From positions 1 through 49,122 of the IMG/VR virus record IMGVR_UViG_3300006224_000002: DNA of 49,122 nucleotides; one strand, written 5' to 3'. The first letter of the stretch is position 1. Every line of letters starts with the position of its first letter. The position numbers and the translations under genes are program-made. The DNA is from a virus. Its lineage: Duplodnaviria; Caudoviricetes. Of the stretch, positions 36,141-44,978 are shown one piece after another. The notes under the pieces are model-generated. The model did no database searches. It was not told where the DNA came from and worked only from the letters and a program-made list of their open reading frames with translations.

Positions 36141-37361
36141 ATGCCGGAACTACCATACATTATTTTCGGGACCTTCACAAAAGACGGGGTGGTTCAGAAC
36201 GGCGCGACCATCACCATCGAGAACGTCACGAAGGTTACGAGTGACACAACGACCACGGATGCGAGCGGGAATTATATCTATGACGATATCCAGGCATCCC
36301 CACTCAACACTGAATCCGGGGATACTATCCGAGTCAGTACATCGGATGGTGCGCAGGTGGAGTTCGTTGCGGGAGCCCCGGAAGAACGTGAAGTTAATTT
36401 CGATTATGATATCACTCAGGTAGTTGCTGCAGGCGGTGCGGTTACTGGTGGGGTTGTTCCTGTTTATATTGTACGGCCATCCGAAGCCTCTGGCGGCGCA
36501 GTGGTTGCCGGGACGAGTATATATTATATAATTGCGGCCACCCCCGCGATCTCCGGCGGTGCAGTAGCAGGCGGCACAAGTACGTCTTCCATAGTCGTAG
36601 TCACTCCGGCCATCTCTGGCGGCGCGTTAGCTGGGGGAACAAGCACATCTTATATAATAGCGGTTCCTCCAGCCACCACAGGCGGCGCGGTTTGCGCAGG
36701 AGCCGCGGATAATGTTTACATCATGCGACTCGTGGAAGTCGTAGGATCTGGTGGTGCAGTAGCCGGGGGCTCCGTCTCGTATACTGTGATCTATGATGCG
36801 AACGTAATCGTATGCGTTGCTTCTGGAGGTGCGGTTGCCGGGGGAAGTGCCAGCGATATTAAGCTATTGGCGGTTACGGTTGGGACAGGCGGTGCCGTTT
36901 CCGGCGGATCTGTGTCTTATTCGGTGATCATCGCTGCGCAAGTCATTACTTGTGTGGCAGCAGGGGGTGCAGTCGCGGGTGGAGAGGCTACCAGCTCTAT
37001 TATGCGTCTTGTCGTTATCGATGCTTCAGGAGGCGCAATCGCTGGAGGAGATGCCACTTATTCCGTCGTCGGGGCGAACGTCGTTATTTGTGTGGCTGAC
37101 GGCGGTGCGGTGGTCGCTGGAGATGCGGACTACTCCCTCCGTGAAGTGGTCACTTCGATAGCTTCTGGTGGTGCCGAAGTCGGAGGTTCTGCGGATTGGA
37201 TACAGGTCGTGACGTTCCCAGGATCTGGCGGTGCGGTTGTTGGTGGGAGTGCAGTTCTTGGAAGTGCAATAAGACTTGATATTGCGCTCAGTCATGGAAC
37301 CGCGTTCAACCATGCTTTAAGTCATGGAAAGTCACATTCTATTGCAATGGAGTCACAGTAA
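36141..37361 (+). CDS. Repeat-rich fibre/adhesin-like protein
   Basis: N-terminal Ig-like TTTTDASGNY; 13 GGAV(A/V)GG-type repeats separated by beta-strands. Confidence 0.65.
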   Translation: MPELPYIIFGTFTKDGVVQNGATITIENVTKVTSDTTTTDASGNYIYDDIQASPLNTESGDTIRVSTSDGAQVEFVAGAPEEREVNFDYDITQVVAAGGAVTGGVVPVYIVRPSEASGGAVVAGTSIYYIIAATPAISGGAVAGGTSTSSIVVVTPAISGGALAGGTSTSYIIAVPPATTGGAVCAGAADNVYIMRLVEVVGSGGAVAGGSVSYTVIYDANVIVCVASGGAVAGGSASDIKLLAVTVGTGGAVSGGSVSYSVIIAAQVITCVAAGGAVAGGEATSSIMRLVVIDASGGAIAGGDATYSVVGANVVICVADGGAVVAGDADYSLREVVTSIASGGAEVGGSADWIQVVTFPGSGGAVVGGSAVLGSAIRLDIALSHGTAFNHALSHGKSHSIAMESQ

Positions 37362-37515
37362 CTATGGATAGCTACATACCCGGACAATTAAACAAGGATT
37401 TTTTAGAGCAACGGGAGAAGGAACTTGCGTGGTCGAATTGGGTTCGAAAGCACTGGAACTACCAAGAGATAAAGAACGAAAGCTGTTCATCCAATACTTC
37501 ACGGGGTAATAATAT

Positions 37516-37815
37516 ATGACAAATTTCGCAGATCTGACAGCATACAAACGAGGCAGTACATACATCTGTAAAGCCGTGGTAACGAATCCTGATACTGGCG
37601 CACTGGTTGACCCGACATCAATCACCGCGGGGTTTACCAAAGCTGACGGATCCACAGTTACTGCAGCGGCGATGTCGAAGGATAGCACAGGAACATATCA
37701 TCTTGATTATGCCATTCCCTCGGATGCGGTGCAGGGTGTGTGGCGGCCGTTCGTGACTGCAACCACGGGAACGAGAGTAAAGATAGATGAATCTGAGTTT
37801 TTGGTAACAGCATGA
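37516..37815 (+). CDS. Ig-like virion protein (BppU N-terminal-like)
   Basis: KRGSTY...LVDPTSIT...DSTGTYHLDY...GVW. Confidence 0.55.
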   Translation: MTNFADLTAYKRGSTYICKAVVTNPDTGALVDPTSITAGFTKADGSTVTAAAMSKDSTGTYHLDYAIPSDAVQGVWRPFVTATTGTRVKIDESEFLVTA

Positions 37816-38174
37816 GCTTCAGTATCTTCGACTGGCCGAATGCGATCACGCGGGTCACGGTGACTGCAGAAAGCACGAGTTCTGACGGTACATATGTTCC
37901 TGAAGTCACGGCTGAAACATCGATATCCGGGCACGTTTCGGATATCAACCTGAAAGAACTCCTCTTGATGGAGCCCGGGGTATTCCAGATAGGCGACAGG
38001 AAGATCTCCCTGGAAACAAGTATAGGGCTGGCTGTGGGCGATAGATTAAAAATAGTAGAGCTTACCGGGGAAGAAACAGAATGGCTGGTTAAAGCCAAAC
38101 AGCAGACGTCAGGTCTGTTATCAAAATATGCCGGGGTCAGCAGGGAATCGTTTTACCTCAAACGAAAATTATAA
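37812..38174 (+). CDS. Head-closure protein (putative)
   Basis: beta-rich 120 aa; GDRKI...LAVGDRL...EWLV pattern; ATGA coupling. Confidence 0.55.
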   Translation: MSFSIFDWPNAITRVTVTAESTSSDGTYVPEVTAETSISGHVSDINLKELLLMEPGVFQIGDRKISLETSIGLAVGDRLKIVELTGEETEWLVKAKQQTSGLLSKYAGVSRESFYLKRKL

Positions 38175-38389
38175 AGCACTGCGAAGCAGTAGATAGGTGA
38201 CAACCCTTCCACAGTTGACCGCTGTGCCACCCTCGGCATCTTAAATTTATTGTTGTGGGCACTGGTTCGTGCAACACGCACCCTGAAGAGGGCTATCGTC
38301 CTGGCATTTGTTGGGTTCTATGGTTTCAACTCCTTTTCCATTCTAATATTTTTCTTGATTCATTATCACACACAACTGACCTCACATAC

Positions 38390-39789
38390 TCAAAAAATAA
38401 TAAAGAACAAAGACAAAACCTCAAAACATATAATTAAAAATAACATACGGTTCTGGCTATCAACCAATTTAGGTTCCTGCGAATATGGAACTATATCCGA
38501 ATCATAATACAGTTTATGCCATATTTCAGCTTTAACTGTGTCTGCTCTATCTTTATTTTGGCATCGAATTACTACATTGAATCCATTTTCTTTCATATTT
38601 TCCTCCATGCTTCTTTTATCTTTCAATTTAGTGACGAGATTTTGCATATTCATTCCTCCAGTAGCACTACTGCCACCTTCTTCCCTGCCCATTTCGCAGG
38701 CAGGTATATCATACTCGAAGATGCGCTATGTGGCGAGACTTTCTTCTCCTGGTACTCGTAACCGATAAGAATGTGTTTCTGGGGCTTCATTTTAATTCTA
38801 CCCCGTCTGAAACATAACAATCGCTTGGTTCTGCGCCGTCGATATACTCACGAAGGTTATCAATTACCTTTACTCTCAATTCAGATTTCGATAAAGGATT
38901 CTCACTATCATCTTCGATTACTACATCGATATTCAATTGAATCTCGAATCTATATGCAACCATTATTTCTCTCCTTTCCTGATATCCGCTGCATTCTTCT
39001 CCCTGCACCAGAACTCATAATCATCATCACCAGGTTTGGGGCTCATTTCAGTTGTCTTCCTCATATAAATCTGGATTCATTTTTCTACATATTCGCCATA
39101 TTCTATACGACATTATACCCCAATCCCTGCCAAACCTGTGTCTATGATTAAATATCGTTGATTTTGATAGTCCTTTCATCGTTCCTCCAAATCTATTCCG
39201 ATGCTCTGAAAATAATCATCGCATACCTGCCGATCTCCGCAATCGTTACAGGTATCCGCAACAGGACAGCTCGATACTTCCTGGCTCATAATTGATAATC
39301 TTTCCTGCATTTTTGCCGACCAACCTTTTCGCCATATTTCCAGACCTTCCACAACCCGGTTAATCCGATTGTAAATGCATCGTCCTGTTCGAAGATTGTC
39401 TGTTTTTCATCGACATCAATTCCTAATAAAGTACCCATTGCGTGAATGAATTCTATCGACGGATATTCGTTTCTATCTTCTTCAGTCATATCGCGTACCT
39501 CATCATTGTTTTCTCAAAATCTGCTCGTTTTTCTGGATACTTTTGATTTGTTTTTTTATTTCTGTTAGCAACAATTCAAGTTCAGATATGGAATATTTAT
39601 TATCTTGAATATCATATATTATTTTCCCTATTTCGCTCATAGCCTCACCCCTTGTTTTTTCAACTCAACCTCGAAACCCAGCATCGTGAACGCATAGGAT
39701 TCAAAAGTTATCTTTCCTTCTCTCAGCAATTTTTCGCCTTCTATTCGAGCCGTGCGAAAGGCTTTTATGATTTCCTGTTTATTTGACAT
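38390..39789 (-). other. Minus-strand island of short hypothetical ORFs (including 38390-38692, 38787-39008, 39286-39489, 39637-39789)
   Basis: Chain of short ORFs with GAGG/GGAGG SDs and ATGA overlaps; TATA-like TATATAAG on the minus strand near 39886-39893. Confidence 0.55.
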
Positions 39790-39950
39790 TGTTTATCTAC
39801 CTCGATTAGATAAGCCATCCTCTGGGTGCTGAATACACCGCAGGGGTTATTCTTATCCGTTAGTAATCACTATGTAATTACTACCTTATATATCTTGTCA
39901 TTCCAGAACCCGACTTTTCTTTATATCCTCATCATCTAAAACCCTTCATC

Positions 39951-40415
39951 ATGTTTGATAGGATATTAGACATATTATGGGATTATTTCAGAGCCCCGAA
40001 ACGAACACCGATAAGGGCCATGCCGGAGGTTAGCAGTGCGAAACTTGATAGCGAGCTTCTATCCCTGTTCACTTCAAATATCTGGATTTCTGATGCGAAA
40101 TATGTCCAGGTTCATACCGATGATCTTAAAGCATTTCTGGCACTGAACCCGGTCAGCACTCGAAAGTACCTTCTGGAATCTCAGGACTGTGATGATTTCT
40201 CATTTGAGGCCCAGGGGGATGTATGCAAATGGTACAACGATGAGGAGCAAAACTCCAACGGAGCATTCGGGATCGTATGGGGATTCAATGCAGGAGGTAG
40301 TGCTCATGCCTGGAACTTCTTCGTGAATGAGAACAACAAAGTTATGTTCATGGAGCCCCAGACAGATGAAATCTTTTCTCCTGGGTCGGAGAAAGTCTGG
40401 ATTATGATAATGTAA
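39951..40415 (+). CDS. Papain/transglutaminase-like cysteine protease (MOA C-terminal-like)
   Basis: QDCDDFS...AFGIVWG...HAWNFF...MEPQTD; has its own promoter motif at 39913. Confidence 0.68.
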   Translation: MFDRILDILWDYFRAPKRTPIRAMPEVSSAKLDSELLSLFTSNIWISDAKYVQVHTDDLKAFLALNPVSTRKYLLESQDCDDFSFEAQGDVCKWYNDEEQNSNGAFGIVWGFNAGGSAHAWNFFVNENNKVMFMEPQTDEIFSPGSEKVWIMIM

Positions 40416-40426
40416 AAGGTGAACAT

Positions 40427-40609
40427 ATGTGCGGATGTGAAGAGGTAGTCTTGTGGATGGATAAATGCGCACCTGATAGGCTTGTTGCGAACCGGGTGAT
40501 GTTGTGTACCAGGAACATGTTTTTGCTTGAAAACGGGTGTGATGTATACCCCGAAGTTTACCATGATATTATCAGAGCAAGCGGCAATGCCGGGATAGTC
40601 ACTGAATGA
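40427..40609 (+). CDS. Hypothetical protein
   Basis: AGGTGA SD; ATGA coupling. Confidence 0.45.
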   Translation: MCGCEEVVLWMDKCAPDRLVANRVMLCTRNMFLLENGCDVYPEVYHDIIRASGNAGIVTE

Positions 40610-40800
40610 ACTCTGAAACAATACATATGCTGTTCGCCTGGATGGAAAAACGATTGTCAGAACCAGAGAAGAAATTGATACTATCCAAGTACCCCAAGAT
40701 ATTCACGCCGCGGAAACATGCAACTGCTCTTAATATTGATGCGAGAATAGTAAAGATACTCAAATGTCTGGAGGAAAACCATGTCTGGGTGCGGCCATAA
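40606..40800 (+). CDS. Hypothetical protein
   Basis: Coupled start; 64 aa. Confidence 0.45.
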   Translation: MNSETIHMLFAWMEKRLSEPEKKLILSKYPKIFTPRKHATALNIDARIVKILKCLEENHVWVRP

Positions 40801-41281
40801 ACTCTGGATATTACTGATAGTATTATTGTTACCGATTGCAGCAGAAGCATCGAGCATATCCCTCAAACCAACGAAAATAAACACATACCTGATAGTGGAT
40901 ATTTATCTTGATAATCCTGATGGTTTGTCCGGATTACAGACTAAGTTGATTGCTACGAATGCCACATTTATCAGAGACTTTAGGGGTGATGCATGTGGTT
41001 GGGGTATGAAAGCTAACGGTTGGTATATGGGTGTAGCATTGGGTAAAAATGAAACCTGCGATAATGGGATATTCTATTCAGCGATATACAGGCCAGTACG
41101 GGGTAAGATATATTCAATTCGTACCAACGGAACTCTGGGGGCATACCCTAACGGCACAGGAGTTTATCTGAATGAATACAGTGTTTCAAACGCAGTTTAC
41201 ACGTTTCCACAAGCTATCGATATGAATGGTGATTCTATCATTAACGTATTTGATTTACTAATTCAGGCACAGGATGACTGA
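40781..41281 (+). CDS. Secreted cohesin-like protein ending in one dockerin-like Ca-binding repeat
   Basis: GGAGG SD; signal peptide; IVDIYLD...LSGLQTKL; C-terminal DMNGDSIINVFDL. Confidence 0.55.
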   Translation: MSGCGHKLWILLIVLLLPIAAEASSISLKPTKINTYLIVDIYLDNPDGLSGLQTKLIATNATFIRDFRGDACGWGMKANGWYMGVALGKNETCDNGIFYSAIYRPVRGKIYSIRTNGTLGAYPNGTGVYLNEYSVSNAVYTFPQAIDMNGDSIINVFDLLIQAQDD

Positions 41282-41466
41282 AGGAATGTTGGATGACCGG
41301 ATGCGCCCGTAAATGCCCATGTCGCAGTTGGGTTCAGTGTAATTATTATAATGATGAAAAGAAAAGAGCGCATCGTTTGCAGATGAAAGAGTATGACTTC
41401 CATGAATGGTTTGATGAACGGTTCAGGACGAGTTATGAAATGCATGATTATTTTATGGGCTGAAAT

Positions 41467-41880
41467 ATGATAGAAATCACACTTGAACGCAAAGGGCCTG
41501 GGATGGAAAAGGCCATAGAAGAGATACTCGGTAAGATGCCGAAAGCGTTAGATACGGCAGGTTCGTTCCTGGAAGCAAAGATGGTTGAGAAGATTAATAG
41601 CAATATACCTCCTGAGCTTAATCCAAAAACCATAAAGAGAAAAGGATCGTCGCTTGCACTTGTGGATACTGGCGAACTTATCGGAATGGTGTCTCATGAA
41701 ACAGATGGGCTTGAAACAAAGGTCGGGATATTATCGAATACAGGAGAGCGAGCTTTTATTGGAATGTTGATGGAATATGGTGCTCCGGCTATTCCGATTC
41801 CAGAGAGAAGTTTTGAACGCTCGACTTTTAATGAAGAAAAAGATAATGTTGTTAAGATAATAACCGAGACTATTAAATAA
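41467..41880 (+). CDS. Neck / tail-completion protein (HK97 gp10 / virion morphogenesis-like)
   Basis: PELNPKTIKRKGSSLALVDTGEL...MEYGA...IPERSF. Confidence 0.75.
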   Translation: MIEITLERKGPGMEKAIEEILGKMPKALDTAGSFLEAKMVEKINSNIPPELNPKTIKRKGSSLALVDTGELIGMVSHETDGLETKVGILSNTGERAFIGMLMEYGAPAIPIPERSFERSTFNEEKDNVVKIITETIK

Positions 41881-41891
41881 AAAATACTTTT

Positions 41892-41998
41892 TACCCAACC
41901 CATAAAAAAGCATGTCTTAGGTGCTTGATATTTAGGTTGGGCATACTTATTTATGTCATCAATACATATTAAGTGTTGTCTTAGGTGTATTGAGAATG
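41892..41998. promoter_or_regulatory. Nuclease-leader hairpin cassette, copy C
   Basis: Stem CCCAACC 41894-41900 / GGTTGGG 41935-41941; A6 at 41904-41909; TGTCTTAGGTG at 41913-41923 and 41977-41987; GCATA 41941; CATATTA 41965. Confidence 0.8.
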
Positions 41999-42853
41999 AA
42001 TAAAAATAAATATCCCAAAATACCGACATTGTGTTTATGTGGGTGCAACGAAATCGTGTGGGGGGGTAGCAGATTTATCCGAGGGCATAATTCGATTAGT
42101 GATAACCCCTCGAAACGAGATGATATAAAAGAAAAAATATCTTTGGCTTTGCGGGGTAGAAATGTAACGTGGGGTATAAAAATATCTTCATCGAAGAAAG
42201 GGCGCCCCTCAAAGAATAAAGGGAGAAAGACGGGTAAACCATCGTGGAACCGTGGCATTCCGCAAAGCGAAGAAACAAAGAAAAAAGCCTCTCTAAAATT
42301 AAAAGGGCACATCCCTTGGAATAAGGGGAAAAAACTTGGTCATTGTGTAAACAGCGGGCAGTTTCAAAAAGGAAACATTCCTTGGAGTAAAACAACCCAA
42401 TATTCCGAAGAGAGTCGTAAGAAGATGTCCCTATCTCATATTGGTAAATCCGTAAATGTGGGCGAAAAGAATGGAATGTTTGGAAAACCGTCGTATTGGC
42501 GAGGAAAGAAACAGAATCCAGAACATATGAAACGGTTGATAGAAGCAAACAGGGGGCGAACTCCTTGGAATAAAGGAAAAAAGCTTCCAGAATATTCTGG
42601 GTTAAATCATCCGAGATGGAGGGGGGGTAAAAAAGTAGCTAACGCTAGAATGCATCATATACGGAGAATGAGGGGATTTAAATTAATTATAAAAAACAAT
42701 CCGTATAACGAACCGATTGATTATCATCATATTCATCCCAACTTGCCCTATGTCGTGCCGTGTCCAAAAAGGATACACCAGATGTTTCCAGGCTCTGAAA
42801 GAACGCATTTTCAAAACGTGAATGCGATGTTGGGGATTAAACTAGCGGTTTAA
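41996..42853 (+). CDS. Putative homing endonuclease: NUMOD3-type repeats plus C-terminal His-rich nuclease-like domain
   Basis: CLCGC...FIRGHN; SEETKKK, SEESRKKMS, PWNKG, GEKNGMFGK repeats; NHPRWRGG; YHHIHP...PCPKRIH (TTG 41990 is an alternative start). Confidence 0.75.
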   Translation: MNKNKYPKIPTLCLCGCNEIVWGGSRFIRGHNSISDNPSKRDDIKEKISLALRGRNVTWGIKISSSKKGRPSKNKGRKTGKPSWNRGIPQSEETKKKASLKLKGHIPWNKGKKLGHCVNSGQFQKGNIPWSKTTQYSEESRKKMSLSHIGKSVNVGEKNGMFGKPSYWRGKKQNPEHMKRLIEANRGRTPWNKGKKLPEYSGLNHPRWRGGKKVANARMHHIRRMRGFKLIIKNNPYNEPIDYHHIHPNLPYVVPCPKRIHQMFPGSERTHFQNVNAMLGIKLAV

Positions 42854-42936
42854 CTTTTCTTTATAAGCTGATTTGCTAATTCTTCCTATTAGAGCAGAAT
42901 ACCTGCTTTGAATTAAAAACCGTTCGTGGAATACCC

Positions 42937-43392
42937 ATGGCAGAGATATTGAGCATTGCACAGAAGAAGACTATTTTTGCAGCGATACCTTCGAGTTTTA
43001 CCATTAATTCCGTGGCTGTTACGGCATCAAAGAAGTATGCAAACCAGCTCGTTCTTGATGATGATACGGCATATCCAGTCATTTCCTTGAACCATTCCCA
43101 GGACGGCTTGAAAGGCATTGTTGACGCTGGGATAGGTGGGGTGATGTTCAAAGGTATGCTTACAATTCACGTTTATTCAAAATCCACATCTAGTCTGAAT
43201 GGGGTGGCAATGGGTGATGGAGTTGCGCAGGGGATCATTGATACACTAAAAACCTGGGTCACTCCGCTAACCGGGGATATCAAAGTGTTCCATCCAACTG
43301 TGGATATTCATCCAGTAAATTATCAAGGATTGGAACCGGGGCTTGAAGGAGTACATGGATTTGTTTTTTGGGTTGATTTATGGCACGCATAA
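42937..43392 (+). CDS. Tail terminator protein (putative)
   Basis: AYPVISL...LTIHVYS; position just before the tail tube. Confidence 0.6.
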   Translation: MAEILSIAQKKTIFAAIPSSFTINSVAVTASKKYANQLVLDDDTAYPVISLNHSQDGLKGIVDAGIGGVMFKGMLTIHVYSKSTSSLNGVAMGDGVAQGIIDTLKTWVTPLTGDIKVFHPTVDIHPVNYQGLEPGLEGVHGFVFWVDLWHA

Positions 43393-43411
43393 CATTATGA
43401 AGGAGATATAA

Positions 43412-44338
43412 ATGACAGGTCTATCAAATACAGGAACAGTCGAGTTTGTGGCTGAGGGTACATACGGTACATTCCCCACTAACCCGGCGATGAAATGGAT
43501 CGGGCTGGTACAGAAAGCCACCATTACAGCACGGAATGAGAATGAAGATTACCGCTCATTGAGAGCATCGGGGGCGACCAATAAACTCATCCCGGTAGGG
43601 AATATCAAAACAGGTGCAACGCTGACGATTGACCTGGAATACATCCCGAACACGTTCAAGCACGCAACCAATCCGATATTCTGCAAGTATGCCACGCACG
43701 CAACCGGGGGTGATACAATGCAGGACATCCTGCCGACGGGGTTAAGTTTCGGGTTCATCTCTGCCGATTCCACACCCAAGTATGCGAAGATCTCCGGGGG
43801 ACAGATCGATGAATGGACATGCGAGATCCCTGAAGATAAATTGGCGAGGATTACTGCGAAGGTCCCTTGCGCTGACCTGTACCTGAACGCTAACGATCCC
43901 TGGACAACTGATTATGTGGGTTCAGGCAGCCACGCATCTGAAGTTACCACGGCTCTGGGATATGCGGATATCACTACACTTACCCTGGGCGGTGCGAGTT
44001 TCAAAGCCACGAATATCAAATTCGGTGTAAGGAACTCCGCGATACGGGTCAAGGATGCAGCAAGTACGAAGTTCTCGAAAGTAGAATCCATCGTTCCTCA
44101 GAAACGTGAATTCTTTTTCTCTGCAAAAGTGCGCAGGGATGCAATCAACGACTTTTCAGTAAAGACGTTCGGATACGGTGCGAACAATCTGGTGATCGCT
44201 TTCGGCACTGCCGGAGCAAGTGGAACATTGACTTTTGCCAATGCGAAAGTCCCTGAAGAAGTCTATAATTTTGCAGTGGAGGGGCTGAGTGAAATGGAAA
44301 TTAATTTTACAGGAATCACTGGTTTGACATATTCGTGA
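43412..44338 (+). CDS. Major tail tube protein
   Basis: EGTYGTFP N-terminal motif, beta-rich, GGAG SD, followed by a frameshifting chaperone pair. Confidence 0.75.
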   Translation: MTGLSNTGTVEFVAEGTYGTFPTNPAMKWIGLVQKATITARNENEDYRSLRASGATNKLIPVGNIKTGATLTIDLEYIPNTFKHATNPIFCKYATHATGGDTMQDILPTGLSFGFISADSTPKYAKISGGQIDEWTCEIPEDKLARITAKVPCADLYLNANDPWTTDYVGSGSHASEVTTALGYADITTLTLGGASFKATNIKFGVRNSAIRVKDAASTKFSKVESIVPQKREFFFSAKVRRDAINDFSVKTFGYGANNLVIAFGTAGASGTLTFANAKVPEEVYNFAVEGLSEMEINFTGITGLTYS

Positions 44339-44347
44339 GGTTTTCAC

Positions 44348-44749
44348 ATGGATTTCGAGCATGATGGCAGAGTATATAAACTGCACAAAGACCCCACACT
44401 GGCAGCAGTCGAAGCGGTAACTGTCTTCGATAACCTGCTGAAACTGGCATACATTGACGTATCGATCCTTACTGAAGATGACCTTAAGAGGCCCGTTGAT
44501 GAGATACTTGACCAGCAGCTTAAAACAAAGCCGTTGCTTCTCGCGCAGCATGATTCGAAGGTGGCACTATCAGAACCGATACGCACCGTGATATTGTGTA
44601 CAGGCCTGAGCGAGATGGAATTGCAGGATGCGCCCCTACACGTTCTCTTTGAGAAATGTTGCGAAGTGATGGGCGGGACGGCAAGCGATTTTTTTTTAAA
44701 GTTTATGAAGAGTTTGATCTCAAAAAGGATGCCTATGACGAGGGGATAG
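44348..44749 (+). CDS. Tail assembly chaperone (gpG-like)
   Basis: Follows the tail tube; contains a T9 slippery run near its 3' end. Confidence 0.68.
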   Translation: MDFEHDGRVYKLHKDPTLAAVEAVTVFDNLLKLAYIDVSILTEDDLKRPVDEILDQQLKTKPLLLAQHDSKVALSEPIRTVILCTGLSEMELQDAPLHVLFEKCCEVMGGTASDFFLKFMKSLISKRMPMTRG

Positions 44750-44976
44750 TGAGATTGAAACATATTCTGCCGTTGCGAGGAGAAGATCTGAAAGTTGATA
44801 TTGAGCGGGCATTGCGAGCTGAGAAAGGCGTGACGTATCGGGACAGGGAAACGGGATATATCCTGCTCATGAAATCGCTTTCAATGAAATGGGATGAGAT
44901 GATGAACATGCCTTACAGGATACTGCTGAAAATGAACCTGATGAATAAGATAGATTCGTTGCTCAGGAAGGTGTAA
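44689..44976 (+). CDS. Tail assembly chaperone extension (gpT-like), reached by -1 frameshift
   Basis: Overlapping ORF in the -1 frame with no good start of its own; slippery T TTT TTA within 44689-44698; MKWDEMMNMP motif. Confidence 0.65.
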   Translation, partial: FFFKVYEEFDLKKDAYDEGIVRLKHILPLRGEDLKVDIERALRAEKGVTYRDRETGYILLMKSLSMKWDEMMNMPYRILLKMNLMNKIDSLLRKV

Positions 44977-44978
44977 AG

